IMG/VR virus record: IMGVR_UViG_3300045988_172778
Coordinates: 64,001 to 128,000 of that record
DNA from: a virus
Strand: one strand, 5' to 3'
Length of the DNA: 64,000 nucleotides
Within the stretch, counting starts at the first letter, position 1. Each line of letters begins with the position of its first letter. The notes under the pieces were generated by a model that saw only the letters and a program-made list of their open reading frames with translations, had not been told where the DNA came from and ran no database searches. This document shows positions 12,429-23,052 of this stretch, piece by piece. A program made the translations under genes and the position numbers.

Positions 12429-15400
12429 ATGGCTATTTATAAACCGAGCAATTGCACGCCGTTTTTGACGTGCCTGGATTTGACGAAAGCGCAGGATATA
12501 ACTTGTGAGCTTAATACGTCCAACGAATTAGTTACGGGGTATAAAATCAAGATATTAGACAGTAACAATGACGTGATTTTCGAAGGGGCAAAGTTTGATC
12601 CGATAAATCCCGTTGGTTACGAGAACAGTGGCTTGAACGGTTCGACGCTCGTGTTGCCCTTAATTGTCGAAGGGAAGGCGATTAACAATAACACGATCGG
12701 CTATCAAAACGGGGGATACAACGTAAAAGATCTGACTGGCACCAAATTCGATGCGACGCGCTTTTCTAACGGCTATATCAATCAACCGTACAAGTGGGAG
12801 ATCGTCCTCGAACAAGGAAACACGACAGGTGTTAAAGCGGATAAATTTTACGACATGACTATCACGCAAGGGAAAGTCCTCGGTTCGACGAGAAACCGCA
12901 TTCAGAGTTATTTATCAGATAACATATATAAGGATTATTTCATTCAGTTAAACAATACTTCGAAGAGAGTGTTGATAAACAGCTATGACCATACATACGG
13001 GTATTTATACCCGCAGGAAAACAAGTTCACCGATGAAGAGGTTGAAGCGGCGACTTTTTTCGAGATATACAAATTCAGTAATGACCCCGATGTGATTGCG
13101 GCAGGATCGCAAGTCGCATATGCTATCAATAAACCGATGAAAGAAGTTAAAATCGGGGGAAAACAAAATACGATGGGGTGGGGGAGTAATTTGGTTTACC
13201 CGTATTATTTTGAGCAAGTTTTTAAAGGGTTACCTAATTCTTATGCGACGCAAAACGATATTCCAAATTCCGCGTTCAATTCTGATATGAGCGGGTTTCT
13301 TGTTGTTGGAACAAACGTTATGGTAAAAGGAGAAACAGACGCAAACGCTTTTAACGGAATCTTCACATTGAATTCGGTTTCTGAAAAGGAACAAGAGGTC
13401 GAAGTTGATGGCAAAAAAGAGAAGCAATATGACCTTACGCTCAAATGGCTTAGAAGCACACCTGGAAATACGTGGGCGAATTTAACCAACACAGTATTTT
13501 ACGTTCAAAACGGAACCGATAAAGGAAGGTGGCAGGTAAATACCGACACGCAAACAGTCGGGACGATTAACCAGACGCCCGTTATTTTTATCCGTGAGAA
13601 ACCCGTGGAGATATATACTGACGCAAGCAAAGGGTACAGTTCCGACAAAACAAAAGGGCAAATTTTTAAAAATACAATCAGGCAAGTTTATATACGTCCT
13701 TTTATCGGAATAGAATCTGGAATGCGGTTTAGTTATTTAAAGAAAGGTGAAATTGCTTATAAAAATATAAATGATTTCACAATAGACACAGAGACGTGGC
13801 AATTGAGCGGGAATATCGGTGAAATATTAAAACCAGATGAAACCCAATATAAAATTTCGTCTTATTTTAAGAGAGGCGATGAAAATCCGTTTTACGCTTA
13901 CGCCAAACCAGTTGTCGTATTGTTTTGCGATGGAGAAGTATTGAGTTCTGATGACTTAAATAGAACCATTATTTATAGGCGTATTGCAAACCTTAGTGCC
14001 GAATTTCAACAAGAAAACAATAAAAGTTGGACGAGTTTTCAATGGTATCTTAACGATTTAACAGATGGAACGACTATTGAGACGGATAAATTTTACACGG
14101 GGAATATATCTTATGAATTTGATGGATTGCAAGATGGGCATATATATCAAGCGATTTTGAGAATTGAAGATGAGTTTGGGAATACGTATGATTTTTATGG
14201 CAATATCGAAGCTAACATCTCTATAATTTCAGGCAAAACGGATTTGAATATCGAGCAAGATTGCGTGACCCAATCATATTTAATAAATTTCACAAAGGAT
14301 GGAGTTGTTATTCCGAAGTATGATCCACAAACTTTAGGGTACAGGGTTATAGGCGATAATATTACTTCTAAGGAAAATTATACTGTAAAAGAAGAAAACG
14401 CAGAGACGTATGAACCATTTGCCATAACCGACATTGGCGCATATGGATATAACATCGAATACCCCGAGACGGCAAGTGGTGAAACTTATTTATCGTTATC
14501 CAACATTGAACATCTCGAAGATTTTGATGACAGGGAATCGTTAATGGAATACGATCAGATAAATATTACGAATAGTGAAATTTATACGCCAATTGCAACT
14601 CCCGCTGGGAATGCCAACACATTTAATTCTCAACATAAATTAAATGCAGGATTCGTAGGCGATATAATTAAATACGAAATGGACGTGGATGATGTTTTAT
14701 TTAAAGATACAAAAGCCATCGTGCGTATATATCTTCCTCCTCTTACAAGAACTAATGACGCGGGCGAAATCGAACTTTATACCAACGTTTCCAATGATTT
14801 GTATGTGCAATACGAGGTTAAAAGTTTAGAACAAACCAATGGAATGGACTATACAGTTGTCAAAACACCCGACGACGAAGAACTGTTTTTCGTAAAAGAT
14901 AACGATTTTATTGTTGGGCGTTATAGTGTAATTGCCACTTATACGCGTGTATATTATTCAGGCAGTAGTGGTATAATATTCGCCGCAAAAGCTATACCTT
15001 GGGATGCAGAAAGAGCTCAAAAGGCAAAGGTTGTTTCGGCATGGGTGGAGCCTGGAACCACTGCCGACGAGAAATGCGATTATATTGATACAGACATCGT
15101 GTATGACGTCGAACCGAATAATGCGAATTATCGTCATATTCGCGGCGAAGGTAAGTTTAATAGTCATGGGCTTATTCATTTCCCTTTTACAACTTCACAG
15201 AAAGAAACGGGGCATCCTTCATTTTTTTACGATAAAAAGAATGCTTTGGTTACACAAGCTAACGATGCACAAAACAATGAAAACAAAATTAACGTTTTGA
15301 CGGGCGAGTATAACTATATTGATGACGGGCATCCCGAATCGCCGAATTATTGGCAAGATAACGTGTCTGAGGCAGAAGTATATGCGCAAACCAATATCAA

Positions 15401-15551
15401 TAATAATGGAATTCATAATGGAAGACAATTTGTTGCCAATAAAATATTGACGATGAATTTGGCTTTAAGAAATTATAATAGTAATAGTAGAAGCGATCCC
15501 ACTTTTGCTTCAAGAGATTTTGAATTTAATTTATTCACAAAGGAGGTGTGA
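12429..15551 (+). CDS. large tail/baseplate module protein (family not recognised)
   Basis: AGAGGAGG SD; 1040-aa ORF directly downstream of the TMP. Confidence 0.6.
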   Translation: MAIYKPSNCTPFLTCLDLTKAQDITCELNTSNELVTGYKIKILDSNNDVIFEGAKFDPINPVGYENSGLNGSTLVLPLIVEGKAINNNTIGYQNGGYNVKDLTGTKFDATRFSNGYINQPYKWEIVLEQGNTTGVKADKFYDMTITQGKVLGSTRNRIQSYLSDNIYKDYFIQLNNTSKRVLINSYDHTYGYLYPQENKFTDEEVEAATFFEIYKFSNDPDVIAAGSQVAYAINKPMKEVKIGGKQNTMGWGSNLVYPYYFEQVFKGLPNSYATQNDIPNSAFNSDMSGFLVVGTNVMVKGETDANAFNGIFTLNSVSEKEQEVEVDGKKEKQYDLTLKWLRSTPGNTWANLTNTVFYVQNGTDKGRWQVNTDTQTVGTINQTPVIFIREKPVEIYTDASKGYSSDKTKGQIFKNTIRQVYIRPFIGIESGMRFSYLKKGEIAYKNINDFTIDTETWQLSGNIGEILKPDETQYKISSYFKRGDENPFYAYAKPVVVLFCDGEVLSSDDLNRTIIYRRIANLSAEFQQENNKSWTSFQWYLNDLTDGTTIETDKFYTGNISYEFDGLQDGHIYQAILRIEDEFGNTYDFYGNIEANISIISGKTDLNIEQDCVTQSYLINFTKDGVVIPKYDPQTLGYRVIGDNITSKENYTVKEENAETYEPFAITDIGAYGYNIEYPETASGETYLSLSNIEHLEDFDDRESLMEYDQINITNSEIYTPIATPAGNANTFNSQHKLNAGFVGDIIKYEMDVDDVLFKDTKAIVRIYLPPLTRTNDAGEIELYTNVSNDLYVQYEVKSLEQTNGMDYTVVKTPDDEELFFVKDNDFIVGRYSVIATYTRVYYSGSSGIIFAAKAIPWDAERAQKAKVVSAWVEPGTTADEKCDYIDTDIVYDVEPNNANYRHIRGEGKFNSHGLIHFPFTTSQKETGHPSFFYDKKNALVTQANDAQNNENKINVLTGEYNYIDDGHPESPNYWQDNVSEAEVYAQTNINNNGIHNGRQFVANKILTMNLALRNYNSNSRSDPTFASRDFEFNLFTKEV

Positions 15552-15557
15552 TATATT

Positions 15558-16535
15558 ATGAAAACAATGCGTGTTCTGTTATCAACTTATGAAAAAAACA
15601 CAAACATAGGGCAAGAAGTTTATTTTATCAATATTACAAACTCTTTTGAACCGCTTGGAGAAGAGCCAACAAAAATAGAATATTCCAATAGAAATAATAC
15701 TTCTTTATTAATTAATTATGAAAATTATAAGGATGATAAATTAGACTGCAATTATAAACAAGGTTACGCACCCATTTCTTCTGGTGGAAACGGTGATTCT
15801 TTCGCTTCCGTTTATAAGAGAGAAATTAGAACTAATGACGACGGAACCATTGAACCTCTTACAAAATTATCACCTGTTTTAACCGATATGAATAATTTTA
15901 AAATTAGAGATTTTAATATTTCAAATAACAGAGAATATCAGTACGTGCTTTATTTGGACTATTCACCGACAACTGGCGAAATAGAAAAAACAGTCAAAAC
16001 CCCTGTTAAAACTTCGTGGGAAGCATGGAGTATAACGGAATTACATCCCGTTAATGGAAGTAAGAAATATTTTACGGCAACCGCAGATGATGTGTGGTTA
16101 TTTAATTTGAATGTGAGTACGGGTGAGCAAACACAAAATATTTCGCGTAATGAACAGCAAACATTAGGTCGTTTTAATAAATATTCACAAGGTAAGATGA
16201 ATTATATAAGTGGAAGCGTCAACTGTTTACTCGGAAGCGAAGTTATTCCCGCAACTTATGCAAATAAGGGCGGGTATGTTGAGAGAAGAATTTTTGACAC
16301 AAATCCAACCTCTAATGAGCGGGTAGATATGTTATTGGCATGGAGAAAAGTGGTATATTCTTCAAACCCGAAATTGCTTAAAGACCGTGCTGGGCAATCA
16401 TTTTTAGTAACTCTAAACAGTTCCTCAAATCAGCCAATGGATGCCGTCAAAATTCAACCAAATACTATAAGTTTCAATTGGACTCAAATTGGCACCCTCG
16501 ATGATGTTCAAATAGTCGACAACAGTTTGGAATAA
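15558..16535 (+). CDS. tail/baseplate module protein (family not recognised)
   Basis: AAGGAGGTG SD; 325 aa; lies in the tail operon. Confidence 0.6.
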   Translation: MKTMRVLLSTYEKNTNIGQEVYFINITNSFEPLGEEPTKIEYSNRNNTSLLINYENYKDDKLDCNYKQGYAPISSGGNGDSFASVYKREIRTNDDGTIEPLTKLSPVLTDMNNFKIRDFNISNNREYQYVLYLDYSPTTGEIEKTVKTPVKTSWEAWSITELHPVNGSKKYFTATADDVWLFNLNVSTGEQTQNISRNEQQTLGRFNKYSQGKMNYISGSVNCLLGSEVIPATYANKGGYVERRIFDTNPTSNERVDMLLAWRKVVYSSNPKLLKDRAGQSFLVTLNSSSNQPMDAVKIQPNTISFNWTQIGTLDDVQIVDNSLE

Positions 16536-16545
16536 GGAGACAAAA

Positions 16546-17787
16546 ATGGGCGATTATAAAGTTAGAAGCGCAAGTGGAGATATTTTGGCGTATTACTCAA
16601 CAGAGACTTCCCAAAATATCTCCATAGAACGTATAAAGCAAGAAATAGACAATGCCCCCGTGATAAACCCAAAATTTCGGTTCCATATTCTTAACGAAGA
16701 CGAGACAATTCGAGAGGATATTCCCGAAGAAGATGTAATCATAGGCGGGACTTATAATGAGAACTATCAGAACGGGCAACGTCGAAGTATCTCAATTTCA
16801 CTATTTAATCACACTGGGAAATATACGCCTTCCATAAACGGGTTATGGGTTGGAGTTAAAATAAGCTTCGATATGGGTTTAGAAATAAACGGTGTTACTA
16901 TTTGGTTCAAGAAAGGAATTTATGTTATTTCATCGATTTTCCCCTCTCATGAACCTAAAACGACAAATGTTAGCGTAGAATTGAGCGATAAATTTGCCGT
17001 TTTAGAAGGTGCAACGGGAACATTTGAGACCTCATATACTGTTCCAGTAGGCAATGACATTCAAGAAGTGATTCAGAATTTGCTTAATTTGCAAAGAGGA
17101 AACGGGCAGGTAATCGATCCGAAACCCATAATATATAACAGCAAGTTTAAGGGCGCAAAAATACAAGCCGAAATACCCAAACAAGCAGGAGACACCATAG
17201 GTTCGATAATAATAGACATAGCCACTCAACTTAACGCGGAAGTGTTTTACGATGTCGAAGGAAATCTCACGTTTGTTCCGATAAACGATGTGACGGGTGA
17301 TGAGGATAAACCCGTCATATACCATTTTTATGATGAAAACGGGGATATCTTTAATAATAATTTGTCATTTGATCTTAGCGGGGCGATTAACCGTGTTATA
17401 GTGATTGGTTCAACTGTTAATAGCAATGTTATTACAGCCACTTCCGTGAATGATAATGTTGGGTCGCCCTTATGCTACCAGCGAATTGGATATCGAACCG
17501 CAAGCCCAATAAACGACTCGAATATTACCACCGAAATTTTAGCGCAAGAACGTGCCGATTACGAGCTTCGTCAGCATTTGATACTTAAATCAAGTGCGAG
17601 CAACGGTGTTCGGTATAACCCGCTTTTATCGGTAAACAATTTAATCGGCGTAACAGATTCGTTTTACGGATTTAATCAGGAACGATTTTTGTTGCAAAGT
17701 ATAAGTTGCCCGATTGATTATAGCGGTTCGATGAGTATAACAAGTGCAAATATACAGAATTTCGGATTTTTAACGACTCGGAGGTAA
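16546..17787 (+). CDS. tail/baseplate module protein, possibly hub-like
   Basis: AAGGAG SD; 413 aa; call rests on position only. Confidence 0.5.
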   Translation: MGDYKVRSASGDILAYYSTETSQNISIERIKQEIDNAPVINPKFRFHILNEDETIREDIPEEDVIIGGTYNENYQNGQRRSISISLFNHTGKYTPSINGLWVGVKISFDMGLEINGVTIWFKKGIYVISSIFPSHEPKTTNVSVELSDKFAVLEGATGTFETSYTVPVGNDIQEVIQNLLNLQRGNGQVIDPKPIIYNSKFKGAKIQAEIPKQAGDTIGSIIIDIATQLNAEVFYDVEGNLTFVPINDVTGDEDKPVIYHFYDENGDIFNNNLSFDLSGAINRVIVIGSTVNSNVITATSVNDNVGSPLCYQRIGYRTASPINDSNITTEILAQERADYELRQHLILKSSASNGVRYNPLLSVNNLIGVTDSFYGFNQERFLLQSISCPIDYSGSMSITSANIQNFGFLTTRR

Positions 17788-17790
17788 GAT

Positions 17791-18054
17791 ATGGAAAACA
17801 ATGCGGAACAACTTGTTTCTCTTATTCGAGAGTTAGTAAGAGAAGAACTTAATAAACGAGATAGCACTTCGATCGGAATGGTGAAAAGTGTTAATAATGA
17901 TAATACGGTGAATATTTGTTTATTTCCTGATTTTAATACTATAATATCTAATATAAAGAATTCTTCTAAATATGAACTTAAAGAAAATGATATAGTAGTA
18001 TTATATAAAATAAATAACCAAATAAATAATTCTTTTATAATTTCTAAATATTAA
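17791..18054 (+). CDS. small baseplate-module protein (XkdR/DUF2577-like size and position)
   Basis: GGAGG SD; 87 aa; last gene before a strong terminator. Confidence 0.45.
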   Translation: MENNAEQLVSLIRELVREELNKRDSTSIGMVKSVNNDNTVNICLFPDFNTIISNIKNSSKYELKENDIVVLYKINNQINNSFIISKY

Positions 18055-18062
18055 TGATGATC

Positions 18063-18101
18063 AAGGATATTAGATTTTCAAAGTCTAATATCCTTTTTTT
18101 A
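18063..18101 (+). terminator. rho-independent terminator ending the late tail operon
   Basis: 12-bp stem aaggatattaga/tctaatatcctt followed by a T7 run. Confidence 0.8.
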
Positions 18102-18147
18102 TCCATTTTTGTCCGAAAGATTTTTTTGAAAAATTTGCATTAAACAC

Positions 18148-18176
18148 TTGACAAATGAATTTTGTTATGTTATAAT
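18148..18176 (+). promoter_or_regulatory. sigma-70-type promoter cassette 1
   Basis: TTGACA, 17-nt spacer, TGtTATAAT. Confidence 0.75.
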
Positions 18177-18209
18177 GGCAGCGAAGAATAAATTTTGGAG
18201 GTCACAAAT

Positions 18210-18527
18210 ATGGCAAAAGAAAAGCTTAACACAATGGCGGTAAAAGTGGAAGATATTTTAAGGAACAAATCGAAAGCTCGCGACGACGATAACGTGTTAT
18301 ACGCGTATTTCTTGAACTCGCTTGGTGTTTCGGTTCGTAAAACGTCATTTTGGGAAATCACGCGCCGCGTAGTAAACGGCGATTTGCCGTCGATGGAAAG
18401 TGTGGGGCGTGTTCGCCGCAAAGTGCAGGAACTCAACCCCGAACTCGTCGGCACGGCAGAGAAGAGAAAGATAAGATATAAGGCGATAGACGATTACAAA
18501 GCATTTGCTCGCCAAAAGGAGATTTGA
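18210..18527 (+). CDS. hypothetical protein
   Basis: GGAGG SD before ATG 18210. Confidence 0.7.
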   Translation: MAKEKLNTMAVKVEDILRNKSKARDDDNVLYAYFLNSLGVSVRKTSFWEITRRVVNGDLPSMESVGRVRRKVQELNPELVGTAEKRKIRYKAIDDYKAFARQKEI

Positions 18528-18528
18528 T

Positions 18529-18894
18529 ATGGAAGAAAAAGAGGTTTTTAAAGTTCCCCCGAAAGAGGTTCAACAGGCGGTCATCGACCGCGTTTTGATG
18601 CGGATAGAGGCGCGTCGTTCGAGTTTCACCCGCGAAGACGTAATCGGTTTCGCAAAAGAGGCGCAGATCCCGACCATATACGCAGAGGCGGTTAGCTCCG
18701 CTGTTATCGAGGATTTGGGCAGCAGAATTTTCTCGCGTTTGCTCGTAAACGGAATGCTCATTCCCGTAAAAGGCACCAACTATTACAGGAAAATCACCGA
18801 AGAAGAAATGCAAGCGGCAAAGAAGGCTTATTTGGCGGCGCAGGAAGAGACAACGCAGGAGGCGCAAAATGACGAAAAAACCGTACTTAACTAA
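18529..18894 (+). CDS. hypothetical protein
   Basis: AAGGAG SD before ATG 18529. Confidence 0.7.
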   Translation: MEEKEVFKVPPKEVQQAVIDRVLMRIEARRSSFTREDVIGFAKEAQIPTIYAEAVSSAVIEDLGSRIFSRLLVNGMLIPVKGTNYYRKITEEEMQAAKKAYLAAQEETTQEAQNDEKTVLN

Positions 18895-19225
18895 AGAGCA
18901 GTTCGTAGAGTACGTCGGGCGGATAAAAGCGACGTGCGATAAAGACGACATGTTGTCAGAAGCGGTAGAGAAAGCGTGTAACGATGATTGCCGAGTAATC
19001 GGCTTATACGGCGCTGAATGCTCCGCGATGGTTGATTTGCTCTCGTTCGCAATGGGGTCGGAAGTCGGGACTTGCAGCGGAAATGAGATTGAGTATTTCA
19101 TATACGACCTGAATTTTGGGAAAGATTACGCAGAAGGGTGTTTCACCGAAATGGACGGTACACCGATAGATATTTCAACGGCAGAAAAGTTATACGACTA
19201 TATTGCGTTGGAGGCAGAGAAATGA
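18869..19225 (+). CDS. hypothetical protein
   Basis: AGGAGG SD before the ATG. Confidence 0.7.
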   Translation: MTKKPYLTKEQFVEYVGRIKATCDKDDMLSEAVEKACNDDCRVIGLYGAECSAMVDLLSFAMGSEVGTCSGNEIEYFIYDLNFGKDYAEGCFTEMDGTPIDISTAEKLYDYIALEAEK

Positions 19226-19587
19226 TTACAATGTACGACACGCCCAAAAAGGTTAAACTCACCGATTTATTCCCTGATTCGGGGCGCAAGTATTATATTC
19301 AAAAGTTCGAGTACGGTGATTTCGATAATTGGGTTACGGCGGTTATATACGAAACGAGCCTCGTTATAAACGATTACTCGCTCAATTCAAAAGCGGTAAA
19401 AGACGGGAAATACTCCGCGTATTTAGCGACGACGTTTATTTCAATCGATGGAGTTGGGGAAATGGGCGAAGACTTCATAAAAAGAGGCCGTAAGTTTGTC
19501 GGTTGTGGGAATGACATAAAAATAAGTAAGCTCGAAGATTTAACCGATTTCGAAGTTACGGTGGACGGAGAATGGACGAGAGGCTGA
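19222..19587 (+). CDS. hypothetical protein
   Basis: ATGA overlap with the upstream stop; GGAGG SD. Confidence 0.7.
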   Translation: MITMYDTPKKVKLTDLFPDSGRKYYIQKFEYGDFDNWVTAVIYETSLVINDYSLNSKAVKDGKYSAYLATTFISIDGVGEMGEDFIKRGRKFVGCGNDIKISKLEDLTDFEVTVDGEWTRG

Positions 19588-19588
19588 A

Positions 19589-20653
19589 ATGCTCAAAGAC
19601 ATAAAGGAAAAACTCATAACCAACGCGGATGCGCTCATCGAATTACTCGAAGAATTCGGGTTTGAAAAAATCACCCCGCGAGTAAGCGAAATTCGGTGCG
19701 CCCGTGACGCAGATGGTGGCGGCAATAACATTCAAATTCGTCTCAATAATAACGACGGCGTGTATGTTACCGATTACGTACGCGGAACGAAAGGCGAAGA
19801 TATAATCGCTTATATAATGCGCGAGAAAGGCGTTGATTTCCGCACAGTCGTTGGGAAAATTCAGAAAATTCTCGGTTTATCGGACGATTGGGCGAAGCAA
19901 AAACAATTGCCGTTATTTGGCGGGTTTTACAATCAAATCGGGCGAAAGAACGCGGAAATCGAAGTGAAGACTTATCCCGAAAGTGTGCTCGACCAATACG
20001 ATATGACGCCGAATGAACGTTGGATTAAAGACGGTATCACGATCGAGGCACAGCGGTTTTACAATGTGGGATATGACCAATACGACCAAAGAATTATATT
20101 TCCTATTCGTAGTGCGGAAACGGGCATGCTCATGGGAATTAAAAAAAGACGCAATTATTCAACGACTGACGAGAGTGACCCGAAATATGTTTACGAAAAA
20201 GACTATGCTTGCTTAATGAGCCAAACGCTTTTCAATTATTCGGAAAGTTACGGCGATTTATATGGGAACGAAGTTTGGGTTGTAGAAGCAGAAAAAACTT
20301 GCTTACAGGCATATGGATTTGGAGTTCATAATGTTGTCGCCCTTGGTTCACATTCATTGTCAGAAAAACAAGCGCAATTAATTCTTCAACTTAATCCAAA
20401 ACGAATAATTATGGCACTTGATGAGGGTTTGGACAAAACAAACCCCGAGGCACTTGATATTAATATGAAAATGCTTAAATCGTTTTCGGCGTTGCGCGAT
20501 CTTGAATTATGGTACTGGGACTCAACGCTCGACCCGATGATTAAAGGGACAAAATGCGGTCCGTGCGACAATGGCGCGGAGTATTTCGAAAAAGTGAAAA
20601 ACGAGCAACTAAAAAGGTGGAATTATGGCAAAGAAAAAGACGAAGAAGTTTAA
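19589..20653 (+). CDS. DnaG-like DNA primase (Toprim domain)
   Basis: Toprim signature: VWVVEAEKTC..VVALGSHSLS..IIMALDEGLD. Confidence 0.7.
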   Translation: MLKDIKEKLITNADALIELLEEFGFEKITPRVSEIRCARDADGGGNNIQIRLNNNDGVYVTDYVRGTKGEDIIAYIMREKGVDFRTVVGKIQKILGLSDDWAKQKQLPLFGGFYNQIGRKNAEIEVKTYPESVLDQYDMTPNERWIKDGITIEAQRFYNVGYDQYDQRIIFPIRSAETGMLMGIKKRRNYSTTDESDPKYVYEKDYACLMSQTLFNYSESYGDLYGNEVWVVEAEKTCLQAYGFGVHNVVALGSHSLSEKQAQLILQLNPKRIIMALDEGLDKTNPEALDINMKMLKSFSALRDLELWYWDSTLDPMIKGTKCGPCDNGAEYFEKVKNEQLKRWNYGKEKDEEV

Positions 20654-21059
20654 GGGGTTTCACAATTTGTCGGCGGGGCTTTTTGGCTATTACGGTTGGC
20701 GTTGGTATAAAAATATCGGCGATTTTTGGATTTTGATTAAGCGCGTATTTTTCGTCTTGAATCACGGTTATGCTCCGCAAGCGTTATGGGAAACTGACGG
20801 TTGGTTTATCGGGGTTATGCGGGAGATTTTGACAGATTACCGTAATAATCGAGGTTTCGTCGGGTTTTTTGACCGCGAAACAGAAACCGAAGAAGAAGAC
20901 GAGAAAAAGACGAATGAATTGCTCGATCATATGATTGGTTTGCTCGATAAAATGGAACTTGATTATATGTATGATGAAAAAACAATAAAAGAATCCGATG
21001 AAGCGAGAGAGGAATTTTTTGCATTATTTTGCAAATATTTTTATTCATTTTGCGATTAA
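20625..21059 (+). CDS. hypothetical protein
   Basis: AAGGTGG SD; 144 aa. Confidence 0.65.
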   Translation: MAKKKTKKFKGFHNLSAGLFGYYGWRWYKNIGDFWILIKRVFFVLNHGYAPQALWETDGWFIGVMREILTDYRNNRGFVGFFDRETETEEEDEKKTNELLDHMIGLLDKMELDYMYDEKTIKESDEAREEFFALFCKYFYSFCD

Positions 21060-21074
21060 AAGGAGAGGTGGAAG

Positions 21075-22316
21075 ATGTCGAAATTTAAAACTTATAAAGA
21101 TGTGAAAATTGCGGTATATGCGATATGTAAAAACGAGGCGAAATTCATTGACGGGTGGTTAAAGAATGTTTGGTGTGATGGAAAGGGCGCTGACGGGGTT
21201 TATGTTCTCGACACTGGTTCAACCGATTCGACATTACAGGATTTCGAAAGCGTTTCCAAAGCAATCGGCGCACCCGAAGGTTGGTTGACCGTTAAACAAA
21301 AGACGTATGAGAAGTGGCGTTTTGATACGGGGCGCAACGACAATCTCGCAATGGTACCGCCCGAAAAATACGACGTTTTTTATTGTATCGACCTCGACGA
21401 AAAGGTTATCCCTGATTTTTGGGATGATTTGCGGAAGATGGTTTTTGAACACCCCGATTTTGAGCGTATATATTACCAATATGCGTGGTCGCATGATGAA
21501 GAGACGGGCGAACCGAAATTGTATTTTTGGTACGACAAAATTCACGGCACGCGCGGCTGGCGCTGGGATTGCCCCGTACATGAGGCATTAAAATGCGATG
21601 AGCCTGAAAAATATGGATATCATGGCATTTATTACCTCAATTCGGACAAAATATATCTCCATCATTACCCCGATCCAACAAAAAGTAGAGGGTCTTATTT
21701 AGGGCTTTTAAAATTAAGGACCGAAGAATGCCCCGAAGATTTATATGGCTTGTATTATCTCGCGAGGGAATATACGTTTTATAATGATTCGGCGAATGCC
21801 TCAAAAACACTTTTTGAATTATATGTTAGATTGCTTAAAACAAATCCGACAAAAAAAGAATTGGAAGGTCGCAGCGATACAAAGATGTTGCCTATAACGT
21901 GCTGTTTATTAGGTGATACATTGAGAAAATGCGGGTTAAAAGACGACGCAGAATTTTATTATCGTAGGGCGTTTCATTTTAATAATACAATAGGCGCCCA
22001 ATATATTAAATTAGCACAATTATTGGCTTATAGCGGCAGAAGTGAAGAATGTTATGCTGTTTTAAAGGAAATGGATGACAAAGCCGTTAAAGACACCGAT
22101 TGGCGTTTCGCTGAATATTACTGGCGCGATTGGAAAAAATTCCAAATTATAGCGGATGCGAAATGTTGGGAAGGAAAGTACGAGGAAGCACAAAAATATT
22201 TCGATATGGCATTTGCCGACATTAAAACCGTTTCGGATAAAACCGATGCAACAAATGAAGGATTGTATACGGATTATGCTTGGTTGGTAAATCATTTGGC
22301 GGAACAGAAAAAATAA
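21075..22316 (+). CDS. family-2 glycosyltransferase with C-terminal TPR repeats
   Basis: Motif AVYAICKNEAKFI..VLDTGSTDST; TPR-like C-terminal half. Confidence 0.65.
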   Translation: MSKFKTYKDVKIAVYAICKNEAKFIDGWLKNVWCDGKGADGVYVLDTGSTDSTLQDFESVSKAIGAPEGWLTVKQKTYEKWRFDTGRNDNLAMVPPEKYDVFYCIDLDEKVIPDFWDDLRKMVFEHPDFERIYYQYAWSHDEETGEPKLYFWYDKIHGTRGWRWDCPVHEALKCDEPEKYGYHGIYYLNSDKIYLHHYPDPTKSRGSYLGLLKLRTEECPEDLYGLYYLAREYTFYNDSANASKTLFELYVRLLKTNPTKKELEGRSDTKMLPITCCLLGDTLRKCGLKDDAEFYYRRAFHFNNTIGAQYIKLAQLLAYSGRSEECYAVLKEMDDKAVKDTDWRFAEYYWRDWKKFQIIADAKCWEGKYEEAQKYFDMAFADIKTVSDKTDATNEGLYTDYAWLVNHLAEQKK

Positions 22317-22324
22317 TTTTTTTG

Positions 22325-22361
22325 AGAATTGTTAAGTAAAATGCTTGACAATTCTTTTTTT
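22325..22361 (+). terminator. terminator hairpin overlapping the next -35 box
   Basis: Stem agaattgt/acaattct followed by a T run. Confidence 0.6.
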
Positions 22362-22373
22362 ATCTGTTATACT
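22345..22373 (+). promoter_or_regulatory. promoter cassette 2
   Basis: TTGACA, 17 nt, TGtTATACT. Confidence 0.7.
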
Positions 22374-22421
22374 AATACCAAGAAATGAATAATAGCATCA
22401 TTTTAATAGGAGAGAAATATC

Positions 22422-22736
22422 ATGAAAATTCTGAACAATAGCAAAGAAACAAAAGAATATCTCAACTCATTACCGAAAGCCTATATTGCAGCTTGCTGGG
22501 CTGGTTGGGGTGTTCGAGGTTTCCCTTTTAGCGGTAAATATGCAGACAAAGAAAAAATGGACCCGCTCGTTTGGGATTATTTCGATTTCAACGGAGCCGC
22601 CGATGAATGGCATTTAATCAGTATTTACGACACGACAACTGGATTTATTGCTGGTTGGTCTTTTAATGAGGCGATGTTAAAAGATTATGTTCGACTTAAA
22701 AACATTGAACGCGGAGAAGGGTGGCGAAATGAGTAA
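22422..22736 (+). CDS. hypothetical protein
   Basis: AGGAGAG SD; 104 aa. Confidence 0.7.
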   Translation: MKILNNSKETKEYLNSLPKAYIAACWAGWGVRGFPFSGKYADKEKMDPLVWDYFDFNGAADEWHLISIYDTTTGFIAGWSFNEAMLKDYVRLKNIERGEGWRNE

Positions 22737-23052
22737 ACTCGTAAAAGCGTATAAATACGACGGGCGATTATATTCCGATGAAGACCGTGTGCAATGCTTA
22801 CCGATTTACACTTTGTATCGAAAGTTGGAAGATGAAGAGAAAGTTACAACGGTTTTGGATTATGGACGTTCTGATTGTTTGGCGGAATATTATTATATGC
22901 CAGAGGATTATCAAAGCGGATTTCTTAATTATCAAATTGAAGATTTAACTGAATTTTTAGATAAATTTGCGGATAGACTTGGAATAGAGATTTTGGAGAT
23001 AGAAAAATGTATACGGAAAAGGAGACAAAAAGATGAAACGCGAATGTATTGA
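22729..23052 (+). CDS. hypothetical protein
   Basis: ATG 22729 overlaps the upstream gene's end. Confidence 0.65.
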   Translation: MSKLVKAYKYDGRLYSDEDRVQCLPIYTLYRKLEDEEKVTTVLDYGRSDCLAEYYYMPEDYQSGFLNYQIEDLTEFLDKFADRLGIEILEIEKCIRKRRQKDETRMY

